64,000 nucleotides of DNA. It comes from Alphaproteobacteria bacterium (GTDB lineage: Bacteria > Pseudomonadota > Alphaproteobacteria > Methylaequorales > Methylaequoraceae). Below are positions 9,644 to 15,664 of the stretch, one piece after another. The notes under the pieces were generated by a model that was not told the DNA's origin, made no database searches, and saw only the letters and a program-made list of their open reading frames with translations. The position numbers were made by a program, and so were the translations under genes. The DNA is taken from positions 72,910 through 136,909 of the forward strand of contig JBJKUS010000008.1 of assembly GCA_045563025.1 (NCBI GenBank), read 5' to 3'. Positions within the stretch are counted from its first letter, which is position 1, and each line of letters opens with the position of its first letter.

Positions 9644-9661
9644 GTTACAGTTTTATTACAA
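9644..9661 (-). promoter_or_regulatory. Candidate Pho box upstream of gap-arsJ
   Basis: In gene orientation the site reads TTGTAAT-AAAA-CTGTAAC, 23 nt before the ATG at 9620. The second repeat fits CTGT(C/A)A(C/T) exactly. Confidence 0.45.
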
Positions 9662-9703
9662 ATAATTTTACTACTGAAATCTTACAATATTGTTGAATTA
9701 ATA

Positions 9704-9736
9704 ACCACCCTGCAAATTTGATAGTTACAGGGTGGT
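9704..9736 (-). terminator. Hairpin terminator after the lysine-rich HTH gene
   Basis: ACCACCCTG pairs with CAGGGTGGT (9-bp stem, 15-nt loop). On the minus strand it is followed by TATTAATTC. Confidence 0.5.
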
Positions 9737-9743
9737 AAATTAG

Positions 9744-10358
9744 CTATTTTGGAGATTCAGTTTTCTCATCAGCAGGCGCTGTTATATCAGTTTTAATATT
9801 TATATTCTGAGTAGAAACTTTATCTAAAGAACCATTGGGTTTTGAAAATTTAGGTTTTGTAAGCTTAGTATCTTTTTTTTGCTTTTTTAAGGTACTTTTT
9901 TTCGCTAATGTTGTATTTTTTTTAATCTTTTGTTTTAATTTTTTATTAGTTTTCTTAAGCCCCTTAATTATTTTTTTTGGTTTTTTTAGCTTTGTTTCTA
10001 ATTTTTTATTTTTACTCTTTAAAACCTTTGCAACCTTTTTTGGTTTTTTAAGTTTTGTTTCAAGATTTTTTTTTGCCTTCTGAAGTTTAACAACTTTTTT
10101 CGAAGGTTTTTTTAATTTTATAACTTTAGCTTTCAAGCTCTTATTTTTATTTTTCAAGTTTTTAATTATTTTTTCTTCACCTGATTTTTTTTTAGCGCTT
10201 TCAATGGCTAAGCAACTTAAACCAACAACTTTAGGTAGTTTTTTTGATTTTCTAAGTTTTTTAAAGTTTAGACCGGTGAGTTTAGAAAATTTTTTGTTAG
10301 AAATCTTATTTTTTTTCCCCCAGTTTTTCAATTGACTAGTTTTTTTAAGTAGTTTCAT
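9744..10358 (-). CDS. HTH (XRE-like) N-terminal domain fused to a lysine-rich tandem-repeat tail (histone H1-like)
   Basis: 204 aa. Residues ~9-58 (QLKNWGKKNKIS..LTGL..LPKVVGLSCLAIESAKKK) align by eye with the 67-aa XRE protein at 10965-11168. Residues ~74-147 are 21-aa K-rich repeats (KKLETKLKKPKK.IK.LK..N). Confidence 0.6.
   Translation of the reverse strand: MKLLKKTSQLKNWGKKNKISNKKFSKLTGLNFKKLRKSKKLPKVVGLSCLAIESAKKKSGEEKIIKNLKNKNKSLKAKVIKLKKPSKKVVKLQKAKKNLETKLKKPKKVAKVLKSKNKKLETKLKKPKKIIKGLKKTNKKLKQKIKKNTTLAKKSTLKKQKKDTKLTKPKFSKPNGSLDKVSTQNINIKTDITAPADEKTESPK
9918..10139 (-). repeat. About 3.5 copies of a 63-nt in-frame tandem repeat encoding the lysine-rich tail
   Basis: The protein repeats are LKAKVIKLKKPSKKVVKLQKAKKN / LETKLKKPKKVAKVLKSKNKK / LETKLKKPKKIIKGLKKTNKK / LKQKIKK. 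Confidence 0.7.
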
Positions 10359-10415
10359 TTATTTCCTCATTTTTGTTAGTTAAACATATGCATTTATAGC
10401 ATAACTCAGCTTATC

Positions 10416-10434
10416 ATACGCAATTATTGCATAT
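10416..10434. promoter_or_regulatory. Imperfect palindrome ATACGCAAT-t-ATTGCATAT (operator-like) upstream of the lysine-rich HTH gene
   Basis: 9-nt arms with one mismatch. It shares the ACGCAA/TTGC(G/A)T core with the palindrome at 10852-10866. Confidence 0.4.
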
Positions 10435-10436
10435 TG

Positions 10437-10754
10437 TCAATAAAAATTTGATAGTTCAAAATTTTTAAATAAAGTTTGTAAATTATTTTTATCGAAGACT
10501 TTGGTATTATTTACTTCTTTATAATTTGACCAATCTTTAAAAGAAACGCAAATTGTAGCGTTTTTCTTTAAACTTCCCGAATTATTTTTAAAGGCATACA
10601 TAGATTTTAATCTTCCATTAATCAAACTAGATGAATAATTACAAGAAATTTCTGTATTGTAACTGAGAGTTTCCTCAGATCTAATCTCAGTAATAAATCC
10701 ACTTGAATCATACAGTGGTCCAAAGAAACTCACGAAAATTAAAACCCAGTTCAT
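10437..10754 (-). CDS. Hypothetical small protein with hydrophobic N-terminus
   Basis: 105 aa. Its ATG overlaps the stop of a 24-aa upstream ORF (ATGA). No recognisable domain. Confidence 0.4.
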   Translation of the reverse strand: MNWVLIFVSFFGPLYDSSGFITEIRSEETLSYNTEISCNYSSSLINGRLKSMYAFKNNSGSLKKNATICVSFKDWSNYKEVNNTKVFDKNNLQTLFKNFELSNFY

Positions 10755-10825
10755 TTTTTAGATTTTTTATTTTTATTCGACATATCTTTAAAAACAAACT
10801 TCCAATATATAAAATGTCCTAGCAT
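10751..10825 (-). CDS. 24-aa small ORF (MLGHFIYWKFVFKDMSNKNKKSKK) with consensus Shine-Dalgarno
   Basis: AGGAGG (10832-10837) lies 6 nt upstream of the ATG at 10825. The stop TGA overlaps the ATG of the 105-aa ORF. This ORF is below the ORF-track length cutoff. Confidence 0.35.
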   Translation of the reverse strand: MLGHFIYWKFVFKDMSNKNKKSKK

Positions 10826-10851
10826 AGAGCGCCTCCTAATAAGTTATCCAC

Positions 10852-10866
10852 ACGCAACAATTGCGT
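10852..10866. promoter_or_regulatory. Palindromic operator-like site ACGCAA-caa-TTGCGT in the divergent control region
   Basis: Perfect 6-nt arms. An extra TTGCGT half-site lies at 10891-10896. A plus-strand TATAAT (10868-10873) lies immediately downstream. Confidence 0.45.
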
Positions 10867-10876
10867 ATATAATGTT

Positions 10877-10905
10877 ACTATATGCACTGGTTGCGTCTTT
10901 GTCAA
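10877..10905 (-). promoter_or_regulatory. Near-consensus sigma70-type promoter for the 24-aa / 105-aa / Lys-rich HTH unit
   Basis: On the minus strand it reads TTGACA (10905-10900), 17-nt spacer, TATAGT (10882-10877). The palindrome at 10852-10866 would sit around the predicted +1. Confidence 0.5.
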
Positions 10906-10964
10906 TAATGTTTTGAAATAGGCATATGTTTTTGCTATTAATCTATTAACAATTATTTAAGTTT

Positions 10965-11168
10965 ATGAATAAAGAACAATTTAAAAAATGGAGAAAGAAA
11001 AATGGATTTTCCCAAGGTGAAGCTGCTGAAACTTTGGGTTTAAAACGGAGAATGATTCAATATTATGAAAAAGGTAAAAAAGGTGAAAAAGAAGTTCAGA
11101 TCCCCAAGTACATAAGGTTGGCATGTGAGGCAGTGGAACTAAAGAAAAAATTGAAAAAACTAATTTAA
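10965..11168 (+). CDS. XRE/Cro-like helix-turn-helix transcriptional regulator
   Basis: 67 aa. The WRKKNGFSQGEAAETLGLKRRMIQYYEKG pattern is typical of an HTH_XRE domain. Confidence 0.65.
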   Translation: MNKEQFKKWRKKNGFSQGEAAETLGLKRRMIQYYEKGKKGEKEVQIPKYIRLACEAVELKKKLKKLI

Positions 11169-11184
11169 TATTAAAGGAGAAAAA

Positions 11185-11727
11185 ATGAGTAATAATTTTG
11201 TAATGAAAGTAGGTGAGTCACTTTTAGGAGGTGGCCCACCAGGTACTGCAGCAGAACCTGAGGTTATAGTTGGTGAATTGGATGGCCCTTTTGGAACTGC
11301 ATTTGCTACCTTGCTTGGGAATCAAATCAAGGGTCACACAAAAGTTTTAGCGTTGATGAATACAGACGTGATGGTAAAACCTGCTACAATCATGGTTAGT
11401 AAAGTTACGGTAAAAGATGATAAATATACAAATATTTTGATGGGCACCGTTCAAGGAGCGATTTCGAATGGTGTTTTAGACGCGGTTAGAGAGGGAATTA
11501 TCCCAAAAGAAAAGGCAAATGATTTAGGTATTATCGTTGCGGTTTGGTTAAATCCATCAGTATCGAATGATGAAAATTTAGATCATAAGATTCTTTTTGA
11601 TATACATAGAAAAGCAACTACTTCTGCAATTAAAAAGGCAATGGACAATGAACCATCAATTGATTGGTTATTAGAAAATCAAGATTCAATTGTTCATAAA
11701 TATTTTCAAAAAGAATTAGATAAATAA
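11185..11727 (+). CDS. Formaldehyde-activating enzyme (Fae) family protein, divergent
   Basis: 180 aa. VGESLLGGG, GTAFATLL, KPATIMVSKVTV and AVREGIIPKEKANDLGIIVAVW align with methylotroph Fae as I recall it. A strong SD (AAGGAG) precedes the gene, which starts 16 nt after the XRE gene. Confidence 0.6.
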   Translation: MSNNFVMKVGESLLGGGPPGTAAEPEVIVGELDGPFGTAFATLLGNQIKGHTKVLALMNTDVMVKPATIMVSKVTVKDDKYTNILMGTVQGAISNGVLDAVREGIIPKEKANDLGIIVAVWLNPSVSNDENLDHKILFDIHRKATTSAIKKAMDNEPSIDWLLENQDSIVHKYFQKELDK

Positions 11728-11743
11728 TTATGATTGTAATTTG

Positions 11744-12145
11744 TTATATTAAAAATTTAGTTAAAACACTCAAATAAGTAATAACAACTAAAGTAAGAGC
11801 TACTAAAACAGCTGCACTCCCTAAATCTTTTGCTCTTTTTGAAAGGTCATGATGTGAAAAAGAAATCCTATCAATTGCTGCTTCAATACTGGAGTTTAAA
11901 AGTTCAACAATTAATAGTAATAATAAACTTCCGATCATCAGGATTTTTTCAATTGGCGATGTGGGGAAAATAAATATTAGTGGTATTAAAAACAAACATA
12001 ATAAAAGTTCCTGCCGGAATGCACTTTCCTCTTTGATTGCAAAGTTGAATCCAGAAATGCTATTCACAAAAGCGAGAAAGAGTCTTTTCAATCCTGTATT
12101 TTGTTTATGAGGATTATTCTCAGGTCTGTAAGGTTTCTTTTTCAT
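11744..12145 (-). CDS. dgkA: Diacylglycerol kinase (DgkA, prokaryotic membrane type)
   Basis: Motifs EESAFRQE, VELLNSSIEAAIDRIS and RAKDLGSAAVL. I chose the ATG at 12145 because the ORF-track start at 12175 is a TTG. The gene overlaps the agt 3' end by 26 nt. Confidence 0.8.
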   Translation of the reverse strand: MKKKPYRPENNPHKQNTGLKRLFLAFVNSISGFNFAIKEESAFRQELLLCLFLIPLIFIFPTSPIEKILMIGSLLLLLIVELLNSSIEAAIDRISFSHHDLSKRAKDLGSAAVLVALTLVVITYLSVLTKFLI

Positions 12146-13142
12146 TTGTTTTGTTTTTTTGCAGTTTTGACTCAAATATATCTGCTACTTTTTCCCAGTT
12201 AAATTTTTTTACATAATTTAAGGGTTTAGACTTAGAAATTAATAAAGCTTTTTCGCATGCCTTTTTTAAATTTTCATTTAAAACTCCCGCGTTACTATTA
12301 CCAATAACATTTATCGGACCTGCTACCGGGTAAGCGGCTACAGGTAATCCACAGGCCATAGCCTCTAATAAAACTAAACCGAATGTATCAGTTTTACTCG
12401 GGAAAACAAAAAGATCAGCCCTACCATAGTAATCAGGAAGTTCATGATGTTTTACCGCACCAAAAAATCTAACTTCAGGATACTTTTGTTGAAGTTTTTT
12501 TTTATCAGGACCATCTCCAACCACCCATTTTTCACAATCAATATTCAAGTTTAAATATGCTTCAAGATTTTTTTCAACGGCAACTCTACCAACATTAATT
12601 AAGATGGGTTTTTTGTTTTTTATTTTTTTTGATGGGGGTTTGAAAATCTCTAAATCAACCCCTCTTGGCCAAATGGTTGTATTCTTGATGTTCCATTGTT
12701 TTAAATCATCAACAACAGATTTTGTGGGAGTTAAAATTGTTTGGGCTTTGCTATGAAACCACCTCAGATATCCATAACTTAAAGACAGTGGTAATTTACA
12801 CCGTGCATAAATATATTCGGGAAATCTTGTATGAAATGAAGTGGTGTAAGAGAACCCTTTTTTTACTATTAAATTTCTTGCCGCTAAACCCAGTGGACCT
12901 TCGGTTGCAATATGAACGGCATCTGGTTGAAAATCCACCAACAATTTTTTAATTTTTCTACTGGGCAAAAGGGCCAGTCTTATTTCAGGATAAGTTGGAC
13001 ATGGAATTGTTTTAAATAAATTTGGAGAAATAATTTGGACTTTGTGTCTTCTTTTTTCCAAAAGGTCTTTTGTTTTATTTAAAGTATGAACCACTCCGTT
13101 TACTTGAGGGTGCCATGCATCTGTGATAATTGAAATATTCAT
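12120..13142 (-). CDS. agt: GT4-family glycosyltransferase, Agt-like (diacylglycerol glycosyl/glucuronosyl transferase of P-stress lipid remodelling)
   Basis: 340 aa. GT-B C-terminal motif FVFPSKTDTFGLVLLEAMACGLPV. It overlaps the PlcP-like gene by 4 nt. Confidence 0.65.
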   Translation of the reverse strand: MNISIITDAWHPQVNGVVHTLNKTKDLLEKRRHKVQIISPNLFKTIPCPTYPEIRLALLPSRKIKKLLVDFQPDAVHIATEGPLGLAARNLIVKKGFSYTTSFHTRFPEYIYARCKLPLSLSYGYLRWFHSKAQTILTPTKSVVDDLKQWNIKNTTIWPRGVDLEIFKPPSKKIKNKKPILINVGRVAVEKNLEAYLNLNIDCEKWVVGDGPDKKKLQQKYPEVRFFGAVKHHELPDYYGRADLFVFPSKTDTFGLVLLEAMACGLPVAAYPVAGPINVIGNSNAGVLNENLKKACEKALLISKSKPLNYVKKFNWEKVADIFESKLQKNKTNEKETLQT

Positions 13143-13951
13143 TGTTTAGCTAGTTGGAGAGGTTTTTTAACTAATTGGTTATGTAGAGCCATTAATTTTT
13201 TTGACCAATCAATGATTTCAAGCGAACCGTCATGGTTTTCTGCTAGTGCAGTTAACGACTCTACCCAATCTCCATCATTGGCGTAAATAATTCCGTTAAC
13301 ATCTTTTAGTTCTGCCTTATGAATATGTCCGCAAACTACTCCATCATAACCTTTTCTTTTAGCCTCCATGACCATAACATTTTCAAATGCTGTTACGAAA
13401 GAAACTGCTTTTTTTACTTTTAATTTTATGAATTGTGAAAGTGACCAGTAGGGTAAATTTAAAAATTTTCTTATTTTATTAAACGTATTATTAAGTGTTA
13501 TTAACATGGCATATCCTTTATCGCCTATATAAGCCAACCATTTTGCATGTCTGATTACGCCATCAAATTGATCACCATGAACAACCCATAGTTTTTTTCC
13601 ATTAGCAGTTTTGTGAACAGCTTGATGTTGAATCTTAATATCTCCAAAATTAACACCTAAATATTTTCTAGCAGCTTCGTCATGGTTACCTGGAATGAAC
13701 ACAACCTTTACACCTTTTCTGGCTTTTCTCAAAAGTTTTTGCACAACATCATTATGAGATTGTGGCCAATACCAATTTTTTTTAAGCCTCCATCCGTCTA
13801 CAATATCACCAACTAAGTAAATCGTTTCTGACTTGATCTCTTTCAAGAAATCTAAAAGTATTTCAGCTTTACAACCAGGGGTACCTAAATGAAGGTCTGA
13901 GATCCAGATGGTTCTGTATCCTTTTTTTTTCTTATATAAGTGATCATCCAT
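13139..13951 (-). CDS. plcP: Metallophosphoesterase, LpxH-like; PlcP-type phospholipase C
   Basis: 270 aa with calcineurin-like motifs ISDLHLG, VGDIVDGW, GNHDE, HGDQFD and GHIHKA. It sits upstream of agt, as in described marine lipid-remodelling loci. Confidence 0.7.
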   Translation of the reverse strand: MDDHLYKKKKGYRTIWISDLHLGTPGCKAEILLDFLKEIKSETIYLVGDIVDGWRLKKNWYWPQSHNDVVQKLLRKARKGVKVVFIPGNHDEAARKYLGVNFGDIKIQHQAVHKTANGKKLWVVHGDQFDGVIRHAKWLAYIGDKGYAMLITLNNTFNKIRKFLNLPYWSLSQFIKLKVKKAVSFVTAFENVMVMEAKRKGYDGVVCGHIHKAELKDVNGIIYANDGDWVESLTALAENHDGSLEIIDWSKKLMALHNQLVKKPLQLAKQ

Positions 13952-13974
13952 TAATGAATTTTTAACAATGTTTT

Positions 13975-13992
13975 ATGTCAAAAATATTACAA
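13975..13992 (-). promoter_or_regulatory. Candidate Pho box upstream of plcP-agt-dgkA
   Basis: In gene orientation the site reads TTGTAAT-ATTT-TTGACAT, 23 nt before the ATG at 13951. This is the same spacing as at gap. Confidence 0.4.
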
Positions 13993-14039
13993 TTACTATA
14001 TTTAGGGCTTTTTTTTAAATATGAACGCTAGATGTAGAT

Positions 14040-14077
14040 AAAAAAAAAGGGTTTGAAACCAATCAAACCCCTTTTTT
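14040..14077 (-). terminator. Rho-independent terminator after the porin gene
   Basis: The stem GGGTTTGA / TCAAACCC has a 6-nt loop. It is followed by a run of 9 U on the minus strand and 6 U on the plus strand. Confidence 0.8.
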
Positions 14078-14099
14078 AACTAACATAAGAAGGAATTTC

Positions 14100-15554
14100 T
14101 TACCATTTAAAGTGAAGTCTGGCTTGAACGCTTGTCAAGTTACCTTCATGGTTTGAACCTAAACTATCAGTGTTAAGACCAGTACCATTAATGTAAAGAC
14201 CTCTTGCAGCGTCAATCATCAACCTTACGTTACTATTAAAGTAGTGATTGATACCAAGATGCATGACTTTTGCGTCTGTACCAGCTGTTGATAACTCTGA
14301 ATGAGCACCATTCCATTGCTCATACATAACCTTTACAGCAGTACAACCAAAACTTCCTTTACACTTCACGCCACCAATTTTACCTTTTTTAGCACTCAAT
14401 GGAACACTGGCGCCACCAGTTAGGAAGTAATGAGCGAAAACTGCACCACCACTTGCTTCGTAATCTCCATAAGGCTTAGAAGATTGATCACCTACAGCAG
14501 AGGAAGAAATTCTATTCGCAGTTGCATAAAACCACTCGCCAGCAACATATAAAGGACCATTTGTATAACCGAATTGTGGACCTCCATAAGTATAGTTATC
14601 AATATTTGCTAAAGCTCCGTCTTGAATTTTTTCACCCAGTGTGTGAACACCTTGGGCTCTAGCTTCTATGTCTCTGGCATTTCCATCATTAAGGTTTTCG
14701 TATGACCAAGAGGCACCAACCATTAATTTATGGTTTTTTCCAAGGGAAAGCCCGCTCCAATAGTCGTTCATTTTTGACCATGTGTAATGGGCAGCACCAG
14801 AAGCATTCCATCTGTCTTCAACAGCATCGGAATCTTCGTTTTCTTGTCTCCATGCACCTTCAGCACCGGCAGTTAGAGCTATTCTTAAATGAAATGGCCC
14901 CATTGCTCCAGATGAATCGTAGTGAATACCAGCTCTGTGCGCTAGGTTTGCAGCTTCATTATACATTGGTCTTTCCATGAAAAGAATGCTGTTAGAACTT
15001 GTGTTTTCCCACATACCCCCAGCGGATTTGGCATTACCAAAATAAAGTTTACCAAAACCCTTAAAGGCTTTTGAAATGTAGGCATCTTTAACATCAACAC
15101 CTTTACCGCCTGTGTTGGAGTTATCAGAAACTGTTTCGGCAAAATCGGGTTGGAAAGCAAGAGCCCATCCGTCAGCCATTTTTACTTTAATCGAAAATCT
15201 CAGTCTTCTAAATTCTTGACCGAAGGTTCCAATATCATCAGCTCTACTACAGTTATCACAACCCGTAGCGCCTGTTGTTGAATAATCAGCCAATGAGTTA
15301 CCACCCAGCAAGGCTGCCATATCGAACATCGCTCTACCCTTTATAGCGAATTCATATTTTCCGTCTGAGCTTTTAATGCTAAGACCTTTTCCTTTTTTAA
15401 AATAGGCTTTACTTGAACTTGAGCCCATTTCTTGTTTAATTTTTAATAGTTCATTCTGCAAAGAGTCAATTTGCGCGTCATAATCCTGTGCATTAGCTCC
15501 GGAAAAGAAAGCGCTAGTCCCAATTACAGCCAAACCAGCGTAAAATTTTTTCAT
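14100..15554 (-). CDS. Outer-membrane porin, phosphate-selective OprO/OprP-like
   Basis: Signal peptide MKKFYAGLAVIGTSAFFSGANA, an N-terminal coiled segment (DAQIDSLQNELLKIKQEM), a Gly/aromatic-rich beta-barrel and a C-terminal ...RLHFKW. I moved the start to the ATG at 15554, which is preceded by GAGAGGA. Confidence 0.65.
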   Translation of the reverse strand: MKKFYAGLAVIGTSAFFSGANAQDYDAQIDSLQNELLKIKQEMGSSSSKAYFKKGKGLSIKSSDGKYEFAIKGRAMFDMAALLGGNSLADYSTTGATGCDNCSRADDIGTFGQEFRRLRFSIKVKMADGWALAFQPDFAETVSDNSNTGGKGVDVKDAYISKAFKGFGKLYFGNAKSAGGMWENTSSNSILFMERPMYNEAANLAHRAGIHYDSSGAMGPFHLRIALTAGAEGAWRQENEDSDAVEDRWNASGAAHYTWSKMNDYWSGLSLGKNHKLMVGASWSYENLNDGNARDIEARAQGVHTLGEKIQDGALANIDNYTYGGPQFGYTNGPLYVAGEWFYATANRISSSAVGDQSSKPYGDYEASGGAVFAHYFLTGGASVPLSAKKGKIGGVKCKGSFGCTAVKVMYEQWNGAHSELSTAGTDAKVMHLGINHYFNSNVRLMIDAARGLYINGTGLNTDSLGSNHEGNLTSVQARLHFKW

Positions 15555-15604
15555 AATATTCCTCTCATAGTAAGTTAATTGTTCGTAGACAATATAAATC
15601 AATT

Positions 15605-15622
15605 GTTAAAGTTTTATGACAA
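15605..15622 (-). promoter_or_regulatory. Candidate Pho box upstream of the porin gene
   Basis: In gene orientation the site reads TTGTCAT-AAAA-CTTTAAC, 50 nt before the ATG. It is followed 8 nt later by a TATATT -10-like hexamer. Confidence 0.45.
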
Positions 15623-15664
15623 AAAGTGATGAATACTTCATTTTTACAGTATAGTGTTGCATTT

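Noticed and set aside
9835-10150. Periodic T-rich repeats that at first glance might be a noncoding repeat array or CRISPR-like structure.
   Set aside because: The period is 63 nt without spacers, in frame with the lysine-rich ORF on the opposite strand. This is a coding tandem repeat.
10844-10852. A perfect DnaA box, TTATCCACA, adjacent to the palindromic operator.
   Set aside because: It is a single copy. From base composition I expect roughly one such 9-mer per 64 kb on both strands by chance. There is no cluster and no AT-rich unwinding repeats, so it is not evidence for an origin.
9744-11727. The idea that the HTH/Fae-like module is a mobile element or prophage remnant.
   Set aside because: I found no integrase, transposase, tRNA target or flanking direct repeats. 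The higher GC of the Fae-like gene is explained by its Gly/Ala/Pro/Val-rich conserved sequence, and the porin, pnp and rubrerythrin genes show the same effect.
12146-12175. The longer dgkA start given by the ORF track.
   Set aside because: The first codon is TTG. The ATG at 12145 gives an N-terminus closer in length to known DgkA. Either way the gene overlaps agt.
15555-15602. A 16-codon N-terminal extension of the porin ORF.
   Set aside because: The internal ATG at 15554 is preceded by GAGAGGA and yields a canonical signal peptide. The extension would also cover part of the promoter.
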